Translations under genes and position numbers: made by a program
Origin: Candidatus Cloacimonadales bacterium
Lineage (GTDB): Bacteria; Cloacimonadota; Cloacimonadia; Cloacimonadales; DAONDQ01
Reading direction: 5' to 3'
Assembly (NCBI GenBank): GCA_963662275.1
Contig: OY759316.1
Coordinates: 4,032,001-4,096,000 of the forward strand
Length of the DNA: 64,000 nucleotides
In this document: in pieces, positions 28,453 through 38,442 of the stretch
Position numbering within the stretch: the first letter of the stretch is position 1
Layout: every line of letters begins with the position of its first letter
The notes under the pieces: model-generated
Databases searched by the model: none
Seen by the model: the letters and a program-made list of their open reading frames with translations, nothing else
Told to the model about the DNA's origin: nothing

Positions 28453-30675
28453 TTATTTCACCAGTACCATCTTCTTATAGGCACTCTTCCCGTTTGCAAT
28501 TATCCTGGCAAAATACACACCCGAAGAAACGGCTATGTCTTTTTCGTCTGTTCCATTCCAAGAAATTGAGTGATTACCCGTATTGAGATTGTCTTTAAAT
28601 AAGCTCTTCACGAATTGCCCTTTGATGTTATAGATATCCAGATTTACCTTTCCGGGTGATGATAGATCAAAGCTGATCGTCGTAGAGGGATTGAATGGAT
28701 TAGGGTAGTTTGATAAGGTTAATGATTTATTTGGTATCACTACTTCATCATTCACAGGTACGATAATATCATCATGATCGTAAAAAGCATCCCAGTAAAA
28801 TTCAGTAAGACCGGAACGAGTTGTTCCTATCCATTTATTATCCTGGCTATCCAAGGTAAGGCAGTTTATGGAATTAACCGGCAGTATCGAATTCTCCCAA
28901 TTAATCAACTCCCAATGCTGCTCATCAAATCGGAGCAGTCCACCTGATGTCATCCACCAATTAGAATACAAACTCAGCCATTTTACATCCTGGGAATCAA
29001 TTGCAATACTCACTATCTGCTGGGGAACTGGAGAATTTGGCAGGATATAAGATGACCAGATACCATCATTGAACTTAGCTAGGCTTACTTCAAAATTTGA
29101 ACTAGAAGTATCAAAGGTACCTATCCAAAGTACACCTTCGTGATCTATGTTAATACTGCTAATAGCATTGAAGGGCAATCCCGAATTTGATGTATTATAG
29201 ATTGTCCAGGCTTCATTATGATAATTAGCAAGACCTTCTCCAGTACCGATCCAAATGTTATCGTCAGTACCGATGGCAATACATGTAACTCCATCTGAAG
29301 GTAAGGGAGAGTTTGATGAATTCAAGTATATCCAATTATTACCATCAAACCTGGCTAATCCATTATGATAGCCAAGATACCAATTTACCAATCCAATCCA
29401 TTTGATTCCCTGGGAATCTATTGAAATACTGGAAATACAATTCATAGGTGCACCTGGATTCGAAGGATTATATACAGTCCAGTTCGAACCATCAAAACAG
29501 GCAAGACCATCGAATGTACCAATCCATTTATGATGCTCTGAATCTTCCGTAATGCAATTGATCCTATTACTGGGTAAACCTGAATTATTCAGATTATAAA
29601 CAGACCAGTCGACTCCGTTGTAACAGGCTAAGCCCCCAAACGATGTACCAATCCATTTATTATTGGTAGAATCAATGGTAATACAAGTTACATCCTCGTA
29701 TGGAACACCCGAATTCGAAGTATTAAATGCAGTCCAGTTTTCACCATCGTATTTGACTATTCCAGAACTACCTATCCATTTATTACCCTGGGGATCGATC
29801 GAAATTGAAGGAATGTAGTTACTGGGTAATCCGGAATTTGATGTATCGTATCTCGTCCAGTTGTTGCCGTCAAATTTGATCAATCCATGAGCTTCCGTGC
29901 CCATCCACTTATTTCCCTGGGAATCAACAACAATTGAGGATGGAATCCACCCAATATAGCCAAGATCTTCAAATGGAGAATCATATCCTGTGCAATTACT
30001 ACCATCAAATTTGACCATTCCATGTGATAAACCCATCCAGATATTATCTTGAGAATCAATTGCCATATTCCAGATATAAGTTAAATCATAAGAATACTGG
30101 GGTATTATATTTGTCCATGCTAGATTATCGTATTTTATCAACCCGTATCCTGTTGTACCAAACCATTTATTATTTTGGGAATCAATGACAATTGAAATAA
30201 GAGAGCTGCCGAGAAGATCATATTCCTGTTGATCATAATGATACCAGTTTTCACCATCAAATTTGGCTACTCCTCCATTATATGCACACCATAGATTTTG
30301 CTGTAAATCAACAGCTAAACAGTGTATTTGATTATTCAATATAGAATTTGAAGTATTATAAACTACCCAATTCTCGTTATCGAAACTCACAAGACCTGCC
30401 TCATATGTTCCTATCCATTTGACACCATCGGAACCAATGGCGAGAGAAGTAATATGATTATAGATTAATCCCGAATTAGATTTATTGAAAAATGTCGTTG
30501 CTCCTGTTAAACGATCGATCTTGACCAGACCTCCGGTTGTTCCCACCCAGAGATAGTTTCCTTCGATTGCAGTACATGTTACATCTTTGCCATAAGTAAA
30601 ATTAACACCTTGGCTTTGAGCAAAAAGCAGTCCTATAAGAGAGACCAAGATAAATGTGAATAAGCTCTTAATCAT
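28453..30675 (-). CDS. Secreted beta-propeller repeat protein with FlgD/T9SS-type C-terminal domain
   Basis: Repeated I.ID..GNKWIGT..GL..FDG..W..YN.SNS.LP; NYPNPFNPSTTISF...GVYF. Confidence 0.88.
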   Translation of the reverse strand: MIKSLFTFILVSLIGLLFAQSQGVNFTYGKDVTCTAIEGNYLWVGTTGGLVKIDRLTGATTFFNKSNSGLIYNHITSLAIGSDGVKWIGTYEAGLVSFDNENWVVYNTSNSILNNQIHCLAVDLQQNLWCAYNGGVAKFDGENWYHYDQQEYDLLGSSLISIVIDSQNNKWFGTTGYGLIKYDNLAWTNIIPQYSYDLTYIWNMAIDSQDNIWMGLSHGMVKFDGSNCTGYDSPFEDLGYIGWIPSSIVVDSQGNKWMGTEAHGLIKFDGNNWTRYDTSNSGLPSNYIPSISIDPQGNKWIGSSGIVKYDGENWTAFNTSNSGVPYEDVTCITIDSTNNKWIGTSFGGLACYNGVDWSVYNLNNSGLPSNRINCITEDSEHHKWIGTFDGLACFDGSNWTVYNPSNPGAPMNCISSISIDSQGIKWIGLVNWYLGYHNGLARFDGNNWIYLNSSNSPLPSDGVTCIAIGTDDNIWIGTGEGLANYHNEAWTIYNTSNSGLPFNAISSINIDHEGVLWIGTFDTSSSNFEVSLAKFNDGIWSSYILPNSPVPQQIVSIAIDSQDVKWLSLYSNWWMTSGGLLRFDEQHWELINWENSILPVNSINCLTLDSQDNKWIGTTRSGLTEFYWDAFYDHDDIIVPVNDEVVIPNKSLTLSNYPNPFNPSTTISFDLSSPGKVNLDIYNIKGQFVKSLFKDNLNTGNHSISWNGTDEKDIAVSSGVYFARIIANGKSAYKKMVLVK

Positions 30676-30977
30676 CTTTCCTCCATAGTAATATCAGATA
30701 TTGCTTTTGAATATTTTGCCCCACATGGAAAAGAATTTATAACTCCATGATTTGCATGAAGTTACTTTGAACAAGACTCAATATCATTTATAAATATAAA
30801 ATTCTGCTAGCATTGCAAGATAAATATTATTTATACTTTCCATATGCACTTAATATTCCAAAATTTATGATAAAATAATTAATTATGATTAAGTAGCAGA
30901 TTATTTTCCTTAGCTTAAAACCTCTAGCCTATTCATAATGACAAATTTGAAAATATGCCTTTCCTGCTAATGTGGAA

Positions 30978-32897
30978 TCAACGCTTTTTGCTGTTAAACA
31001 TCGCCTGGTAATCCAGGATATGCATTCCATCAACCCGATCTGCAGTATAGATCTTTCCATTGCTCATCACAAAGCCAAGTGCATTCATATTCCAGGCATA
31101 ATTACTTATCTGTCTAGGTTGTTTGGGATTACTGATATCATAGATACTGAACTCTTTCCAGTTTTCATCATAAATGATCAGGTTATTTCCGTCAAAGGCT
31201 GTAGACCTAATTTTACTTGTCGGATGAGGCTTGATCGATTTCACTACAAACGGAGCTGAAGGTTTTGTCACATCTATGATGACTAAACCAGACTGCCAAT
31301 CTACAACATAGGCATAATTATCTTTGATAGAAACAAAATGCGCATCCCCCTTTGTTGAGCAGGAACCCACTAATTGCAGACTTTCAGGTTTTGATACATC
31401 CACAATTTGTAAACCTCGACCTTCATCTGCGATATAGGCAAGATGATTCAGTATTGTTGCGGAATAGGTATATCCCGGTAGAGTGCAGGAATCAAGCAAT
31501 ATCGTTTTCTTGGGGTTGGAGACATCGTATGTCAGTAGCCTGTATCCGAAAAAGTCTGTCATATAGGCTATACTTCCAATCACTGTAATGGATGTAACGG
31601 ATTTTGATTCTCCAGGGATAATGCAGGAACCAATCAGCAAAGGCTTAGCGGGGTTTGAAATATCAATGATTTTCAGACCTTGTTCAAGTGTGGTCACATA
31701 GGCAGTCTTACCTTCTACAGCTATGTAATTTGGTTGTCCTGATATTGCGATTGAACCCAGTAGCAGCAGCTTTTTAGAATCGGTTACATCCAGAATTTGT
31801 AAGCTATTTGTGTTCACAACATAGGCAGTATTTCCAACAACGTTAACAGAATAAGCAAAATCAGCAGTCTTAAATGAACCTAGGAATTCCGGATTCGTCG
31901 TACTTGACACGTCAAAGACCTGTAATCCTGAATCACCTAAAGCAACATACGCTTTGCTATTTGAAAGAACCACTGAAAACCCCATATCATTCATATTTAA
32001 TGAATACTTAAGTACACAGAGCTTTGGATTGGTAACATCAACGATCTGTAAATTGGCATCCTCATCAGTCAGATAGACTGTATTTCCTTCAAGGTAAAGT
32101 GAAAGTGATCTGGCGGGTGTTTTATAAGAACCAAGTAACAGAGGTTTGGATGGATTGTCTAACTGATATGTCTTCATACCCTGATCATAATCAATAACAT
32201 AGGCAATTTTACCCGTCACTGCAACAGAGGCTACATTCTTCAAAGAATTATCGGAACTTATCAATTTTGGATGTGAGGAGTCAGTGATGTCAATGATATG
32301 AAACCCGGCATCATTAGCTCCCACATATGCATAATTTCCTTCAACTGCGATGGACTGAGCAGAACCCTTTAAAAGTGAAGTATCTTCCGGATCATAATCT
32401 TCTCCAAAATCATCGGGTTTCATCCCGTTGGGTAATACACAGGAACCAAGTAATATCGGCTTTACAGGATCAGCAACATTGATGATCTGCAATCCTGCAG
32501 AGGCATCTGCAATATAAGCTTTACTACCTACAATTTTAACAGCCCAAGGAAAGTCAGGGGTTTGAACGGAACCTACTAATAAGGGTTTCAACGGATTGGA
32601 GACATCGAGGATTGCTAAACCTAGACTATTATCAGTGAAATATACTTTATTGCCAACCGCAGCAACAGATCGTACGTGTTCTGAAGTATCGTAAGAGCTT
32701 ATCAGGTGCGGATCCTGGGGTGAACTGATGTCAATGATCTGTATGCCCATTGTATCTGCTGCGACAAATGCCAGGTTTCCTGAAATGGAAACAGAACTGG
32801 AAAAACCTGGAGTAAGTACTTCACCTATTTTATAAACTACCGAAAATAGAGACAATGTGCAAAAAAAGAATAAAGTCATTAAGATAACTGATTTCAT
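30978..32897 (-). CDS. Secreted LVIVD-repeat protein without a C-terminal sorting domain
   Basis: Repeated AYVAD...GLQIIDVS.P..P.LLGS. Confidence 0.88.
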   Translation of the reverse strand: MKSVILMTLFFFCTLSLFSVVYKIGEVLTPGFSSSVSISGNLAFVAADTMGIQIIDISSPQDPHLISSYDTSEHVRSVAAVGNKVYFTDNSLGLAILDVSNPLKPLLVGSVQTPDFPWAVKIVGSKAYIADASAGLQIINVADPVKPILLGSCVLPNGMKPDDFGEDYDPEDTSLLKGSAQSIAVEGNYAYVGANDAGFHIIDITDSSHPKLISSDNSLKNVASVAVTGKIAYVIDYDQGMKTYQLDNPSKPLLLGSYKTPARSLSLYLEGNTVYLTDEDANLQIVDVTNPKLCVLKYSLNMNDMGFSVVLSNSKAYVALGDSGLQVFDVSSTTNPEFLGSFKTADFAYSVNVVGNTAYVVNTNSLQILDVTDSKKLLLLGSIAISGQPNYIAVEGKTAYVTTLEQGLKIIDISNPAKPLLIGSCIIPGESKSVTSITVIGSIAYMTDFFGYRLLTYDVSNPKKTILLDSCTLPGYTYSATILNHLAYIADEGRGLQIVDVSKPESLQLVGSCSTKGDAHFVSIKDNYAYVVDWQSGLVIIDVTKPSAPFVVKSIKPHPTSKIRSTAFDGNNLIIYDENWKEFSIYDISNPKQPRQISNYAWNMNALGFVMSNGKIYTADRVDGMHILDYQAMFNSKKR

Positions 32898-33070
32898 GTT
32901 CTCTCCTTTAACTTGATACGAATGAATATCTCTAGCCCTTTACAGAAAACAGTATCCATTCTTTTGTGTTATTTACTTTGCAAGAAGGAATACCCGCTGA
33001 AGTGGTTGCTACGGTGTTGCTACGGAATACCCGCTGAAGGTGATAAGTGAGACGCCCTTATAGGTCGTCT

Positions 33071-36000
33071 CTACTGCCCGTACTTCCGTTCCAAAGAACG
33101 ATATTGCATTGATTTTTCTATCTCTCCCATAGTCTCATAGATATTGGCAATGTATTCATTTGTCCGTAAAGTAGCTGGATGCTTTTCACCAAAGATATCC
33201 TGCCGTATGGAAAGAGCCTGTTTATAATAGGTTAATGCCTGTTCATATTCTCTCTTTTTATCATAAACGCAACCTATATTAATAAGACCGACAGATGTTT
33301 CGGGGGACTTTTCACCCAAGACTTCCCGCCAAATAGAAAGCGCTTGCTCATAATAAGGTAGAGCTTTGTCGAACTCATTTTTATTTTCCCAAACACAACC
33401 AATATTATTCAAACTGGCAGCGGTTTCAGGAAATCTCTCACCCAGTACTTCCTGCCAAATGGATAAAGCTTGTTCATAATATGGTAAAGCTAAGTCGTAC
33501 TCGCCTTTATGATCGTAAACACAACCGATGTTATTGAGTATGGCAGCGGTTTCAGGATGGTTATCTCCAAAGACAACCAACCGGATGAAAAGTGCTTGCT
33601 CATAACAGTTTAATGCCTTATCAAATTCGCCCATATTATCATATACATTCCCGATGTTATTTAAGCTGATAGCTGTTTCCGGATGCCGATGTCCAAGTAT
33701 TTCCCTACGAATTGAGAGAGCCTGCTCATAATAAGAAATTGCCTTTTCAAACTCACCTGTTTCACTGTAAACATCTGCGATACAATTCAGGCTAATGGCA
33801 GTTCCCGGATGCCTACTCCCTAAGACAGCCTGGCGGATTGAAAGTGCTTGTTGGTAATATATTAGAGCTTTATTGTAATCACCTTGATGATCGTAAATAT
33901 CACCAATATTGTTAAAACTGGCAGCGGTATCAGGATGCTGGATTCCAAAGACTTCCTGCCTAATTGTCAGTGCCTGCTGATAATAATTTAAAGCATTGTC
34001 ATATTCACCTTTAGCATCATAAACATTCCCCATATTATTCAGGCTACTTGCTGTATCAGGATGCTGGGAACCTAGGACTTCCCTCCAGATGGATAAAGCT
34101 TGATTATACAATTCTAATGCCTTATCGTATTTCACCATGAGATAATACATCGTGGCAATTGAATTTATACTGTCAGCAGTATTGATATTCAGATTCCCAA
34201 AAGCCTCTTCACGAATCGAAAGTGCCTGTTCAAAATAGGTTAAAGCTGTATCATACTCACCCTTTCCCCAGTAAACCTTACCGATTTTATTAAGACTTAC
34301 AGCAGTATCAGGATGCCGTTTTCCCTGGTGTTTTTGATTCAGAGCTAATACTTTAAGATATTGCTTTAAACTGGCATCGAAATGAAAAAGCTCTTTCTCA
34401 TGATTTCCTGCTTTTGTATAGTATTTTATGGCAGTTAACCAATCGTCAGCATTATCAAAGTGAAAAGCGATTTCCTCATATTTGGCTTTATCTTCAGCAT
34501 AGTGCTGCTCCATGATTTGTCCTGCCAATAAGTGCAATTTCTTCAGTTGCTTTTTAAGCTGCATCGCATAGGCAGCATCGCGCAAAAGACTGTGGCTGAA
34601 AATGTATCTAATTTCATTTACAGAATTCCAGATGTGTTCCTGTTCTCCCGCATGAAGTTGAGATTGAACAATCATATCATTCAAATCTTCGGGTCTATTT
34701 TCCAGAATTTCCAACATACCACATAGAACAATTGATGCAAACTCACAACCTAAAACACTTGCTGTCTGAACAGTACGTTTCAACTCAGCTTCCAAACGAT
34801 CCATACGAACTATCAGCAAAGATTGTACTTCAACCGGTAATTTCTCTGTTTGTTCTTTTAAATGATATAAATCACCCGAAATAATCAAGTGGTTCGATTC
34901 TAAAAGATAAATCGTGAATTGCTCGACAATAAACGGGTTGCCTTGTGAGATTGAAAATGCATATTCAGTCAGCTTTGAATCAACACCATGATGCAGTATC
35001 TCTTTCATAAACAGAGCGATTTGCTGACGATTCAATCCTACCAGATTGATTTCTTCCACTGGAACATCTTTATCCATTTTCAGGATGGTTTTTTTCCCAT
35101 GATCCAGGGGTCTGGCTGTCAGGATGAGTTTAAAAGGAATCGTGGATGCTCTCCTGGTCAAAATAACAATGACCTCCTCCGACTCTGTGTCCAACCATTG
35201 CAGATCTTCAATAACCAGGATTACTGGCTTGAAAAGACAATAAGCTTCCAATAGTGATTTTAAGGCAAATCCGGTAACAGTTGGTCTATATTTTGGTTCC
35301 AGGTTAGCATAGATACTACCTTCCCATTCCAGCCCTATCAGACCTGCTATCACAGATTCGATACGCTCCAATTCCCTGCATATTTGAGAAGAATCGGGGA
35401 CTAATTTGACCTGGTCAGTAAAATCAGCCCAATGTTTTCGGAAATCTTCTCTTCTCGAGATGATACTGCCGGTCAAACTAGTCGTAAATTGCTGTTTAAT
35501 CCAGTATGCAAATGGATTGAGAGAGCTTCGGTAAATAGAATCTGTCTGTAAGTAAAAGCACAATACTTTTTCACCCAGTTTCTGAGCCAGCTCATATACT
35601 AAACGGGATTTCCCCTGTCCTGCTTCTCCATAAATATAGCTGACTCCTGCAAATTTACCCTCTTTTAGAAGCCGGCAGGAAGCTTCTAACTCTACTAATT
35701 CAGCTTCTCTTCCAATGAATCGCCTTTGGTAAGATGAGGGATTTGAATTCTTATGTTTATGCAGTAAACGGAAGGTTGAAACAGGAAGCGGATATCCTTT
35801 AAAGACAAGGTCACCCAGGCTGTGATAAGCCACAGATTTGCCTACCGCAATTTGTATTGGATGATCAAACCAGACATCACCCCATTTTGCTTGAGTCATA
35901 AATCGGGTAGCCAGGTTTACAGCCATACCGAGAGCAGCATACTCACTTCTGTTTTGAGAACCTACAAAACCTGCAAATACCATCCCCCTGGTCATTCCGA

Positions 36001-36919
36001 TTCTAATATTTTTACCGCAGAAAGCTTGAACTTCAAGGGCAAATTCGATTGCTCTCATCGCTGTTTTTTCATATTCAAGCGGTGCTCCAAAAATCACATA
36101 CAATACCCAACCTTTATCAGAATACTCTATATTACTTAAAAAACCACCCAGATTCCTCGCTGTACAGATGATATTCTCGACCTGCTCTTTTTTTGGTTCA
36201 GCGAGATTCACAAAACAAGGTACGACTTCACGAAATTCTCCTTCTGTTGTCATGGAAGTAATCTCATCAGGCATAAATGATTGATAGGATTCTTCACTTT
36301 GAGGAGGAAAAGGTTTTAGTGGAGCTATGATGATTTTATCGATTCGGCAATGTCTATTATCGATATCCACGTAGGAACAAAGAGAAGATCCCATTTCAAG
36401 ACAGAGTTTCTGATCTGCTATCACTTCATTAGATTGGGCAATCTCCTGTGCTCCCACAGCAAGAATAATCCCTTCTCCACTGAACCAAAATGCAGATTGA
36501 ACTTCTGTATTAATTATATTCCATGCGACTTTCCCGAAAGACACTCCGATTCGTAAACCTAGTTCAAATTCTCCGAACTCAGTAGTCTTTTTACCATTCT
36601 GAACAATATAATCCCTCATCTCAAAAGCAGCAGATACTACATTCCTTGCACTTCCACCTGGAAAAACTGCGGTGAAAGCATCACCTGCAAAACCGGTAAT
36701 AAAACCACCCCGGTTTTCCACTGCTGTCAGTGCTGGAGAAAACATTGATTTGATAGTATCGATCAATACTTCAACACCAGAGTAGGAATGACGCATCATC
36801 GCCTCTGTCAAAGCAGTGAAACCTACCAAATCAGCATTCAGAACATAGGCATTAAGTATGCCCTCATACTGTTTTTGGCGGTATTTGGTCATGATGAAAT
36901 CCGGGATCAGTATCCGCAT
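33071..36919 (-). CDS. Tandem class III nucleotidyl cyclase, STAND/AAA NTPase and TPR protein
   Basis: ADLVGFT, FAGDA, AVNLATR; Walker A GEAGQGKS; Walker B LVIEDLQW; about nine HP.TA.SLNNIG TPRs; GGAGG RBS before ATG at 36919. Confidence 0.9.
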   Translation of the reverse strand: MRILIPDFIMTKYRQKQYEGILNAYVLNADLVGFTALTEAMMRHSYSGVEVLIDTIKSMFSPALTAVENRGGFITGFAGDAFTAVFPGGSARNVVSAAFEMRDYIVQNGKKTTEFGEFELGLRIGVSFGKVAWNIINTEVQSAFWFSGEGIILAVGAQEIAQSNEVIADQKLCLEMGSSLCSYVDIDNRHCRIDKIIIAPLKPFPPQSEESYQSFMPDEITSMTTEGEFREVVPCFVNLAEPKKEQVENIICTARNLGGFLSNIEYSDKGWVLYVIFGAPLEYEKTAMRAIEFALEVQAFCGKNIRIGMTRGMVFAGFVGSQNRSEYAALGMAVNLATRFMTQAKWGDVWFDHPIQIAVGKSVAYHSLGDLVFKGYPLPVSTFRLLHKHKNSNPSSYQRRFIGREAELVELEASCRLLKEGKFAGVSYIYGEAGQGKSRLVYELAQKLGEKVLCFYLQTDSIYRSSLNPFAYWIKQQFTTSLTGSIISRREDFRKHWADFTDQVKLVPDSSQICRELERIESVIAGLIGLEWEGSIYANLEPKYRPTVTGFALKSLLEAYCLFKPVILVIEDLQWLDTESEEVIVILTRRASTIPFKLILTARPLDHGKKTILKMDKDVPVEEINLVGLNRQQIALFMKEILHHGVDSKLTEYAFSISQGNPFIVEQFTIYLLESNHLIISGDLYHLKEQTEKLPVEVQSLLIVRMDRLEAELKRTVQTASVLGCEFASIVLCGMLEILENRPEDLNDMIVQSQLHAGEQEHIWNSVNEIRYIFSHSLLRDAAYAMQLKKQLKKLHLLAGQIMEQHYAEDKAKYEEIAFHFDNADDWLTAIKYYTKAGNHEKELFHFDASLKQYLKVLALNQKHQGKRHPDTAVSLNKIGKVYWGKGEYDTALTYFEQALSIREEAFGNLNINTADSINSIATMYYLMVKYDKALELYNQALSIWREVLGSQHPDTASSLNNMGNVYDAKGEYDNALNYYQQALTIRQEVFGIQHPDTAASFNNIGDIYDHQGDYNKALIYYQQALSIRQAVLGSRHPGTAISLNCIADVYSETGEFEKAISYYEQALSIRREILGHRHPETAISLNNIGNVYDNMGEFDKALNCYEQALFIRLVVFGDNHPETAAILNNIGCVYDHKGEYDLALPYYEQALSIWQEVLGERFPETAASLNNIGCVWENKNEFDKALPYYEQALSIWREVLGEKSPETSVGLINIGCVYDKKREYEQALTYYKQALSIRQDIFGEKHPATLRTNEYIANIYETMGEIEKSMQYRSLERKYGQ

Positions 36920-37070
36920 CTTGCCTCCCAATTTACACAGCAGAATGGATATCTTGAAAAGATGAGTCAAGGAATATAATCTGGGTGCGGTAACGCATTC
37001 AAATGATTGCTTCGAGAGATTCTTTGTTCTTAAGGATCTGCTGAGTTTCACTGGCAAGATGGCAGTATTT

Positions 37071-37640
37071 CTAGCGCAGCGTCTTTTTTCAAAAGGTGGA
37101 TAGGTCGTATCTTGTACGATGCAAGCTGCTGTAATTCCATGATCTGACGCTTAAAGAAACACCGGGCTGGTTTGGTATTTTGCTTCATTTAAAAAATGAA
37201 CTATCGACCTCACAAGATGAGGCGTTGCGTTTACTTTCTGTTTTTCAAAGTGTAGCGCATTTTATCAAAAGTTAGCTGGCGCAACGCCTTTTTTCAAAAG
37301 GTGGATAGGTCGTATCTTGTACGATGCAAGCTGCTGTATTTCCATGATCTGACGCTTAAAGAAACACCGGGCTGGTTTGGTATTTTGCTTCATTTAAAAA
37401 ATGAACTATCGACCTCACAAGATGAGGCGTTGCGTTTACTTTCTGTTTTTCAAAGTGTAGCGCATTTTATCAAAAGTTAGCTGGCGCAACGCCTTTTTTC
37501 AAAAGGTGGATAGGTCGTATCTTGTACGATGCAAGCTGCTGTATTTCCATGATCTGACGCATAAAGAAACACCGGGCTGGTTTGGTGTCTTGCATCATTT
37601 AAAAAAATGAACTATCCACCTCACAAGATGAGGCGTTGCT
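37071..37640. repeat. ~2.8 tandem 205-bp units, each with an inverted REP pair (GCAACGCCT...AGGTGGATAG)
   Basis: AAAAGGTGGA at 37091, 37296, 37501. Confidence 0.93.
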
Positions 37641-38261
37641 CTAATCTCTGACCCAAGTCCATTGCCATTTTTCAGGTTCATCGACAAGATTGGCTTTTAC
37701 TGGGTTCATAACTATATAATTTATTATGTTCATCAACTCTTTCTCATTTCTGACGCAGTAGTCAAAATATTCCCTTTGCCAGAGTGAACCCTGCCGATTC
37801 AATTGTCTGTTAATTTCGACAGCAGTATTACCCTTGATCTTCTTTATTACATAAGACAATAGATGCGGTTTTCCTGGCTCTCTTTCCAGAATTTTCATCA
37901 AAAGATGAATGTGATTCGGCATGATAGTAAAACATATCATTTCATATAATACATCATTGAACTCGAGAAATGTATCTTTAATACGGGAAGCAGTTTCAGG
38001 ATGTGTCAGATTAATGGGATTTGAGGTATGTTTTGCCAGCATTTGATCATAATAATCGAAAACCTTCTTTTGAACGATATTCTGATAATATGCACCTTGC
38101 GTAATCCTGGAATTAATCTGTCGTTTATATTCATTAAGATCTCCGACAAAACTGACAGGTAATGAATCCCTGATTCGAAATGTGATGAACAAAATGCCGT
38201 TTTCAGGTTGGTAATGCGGCATCCTTCGCCAGTAGAATTGATTGATGTATGACTTATCCAT
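37641..38261 (-). mobile_element. REP-associated tyrosine transposase (RAYT, Y1 HUH)
   Basis: RRMPH, FITFR, MPNHIH (HUH), WQREYFD, YI.MNPVKA; REPs on both sides. Confidence 0.9.
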
Positions 38262-38318
38262 AGTACCCTCCCATAAAGGTCACTGCTTTATCTTTAAAAG
38301 AACGATGTTACGAATGAT

Positions 38319-38427
38319 TGCATCATTTAAAAAATGAACTATCCACCTTTTAAAAAAAGGCGTTGCTTTCAATTACTGAACTTTCATTAAAAATGAACTA
38401 ACCACCTCACAAGATGAGGCGTTGCCA
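38319..38427. repeat. Two REP copies upstream of the RAYT
   Basis: aaaaatgaactatccacct...aggcgttgc, the same motif as in the 205-bp units. Confidence 0.85.
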
Positions 38428-38442
38428 CAAAAAGCGATGCAT

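Noticed and set aside
36920..37057. N-terminal extensions in the ORF track (cyclase; also 16464-16523, 58689-58799, 43338-43478)
   Set aside because: Better RBS or homology-consistent starts lie downstream; some extensions run through REPs or neighbouring genes
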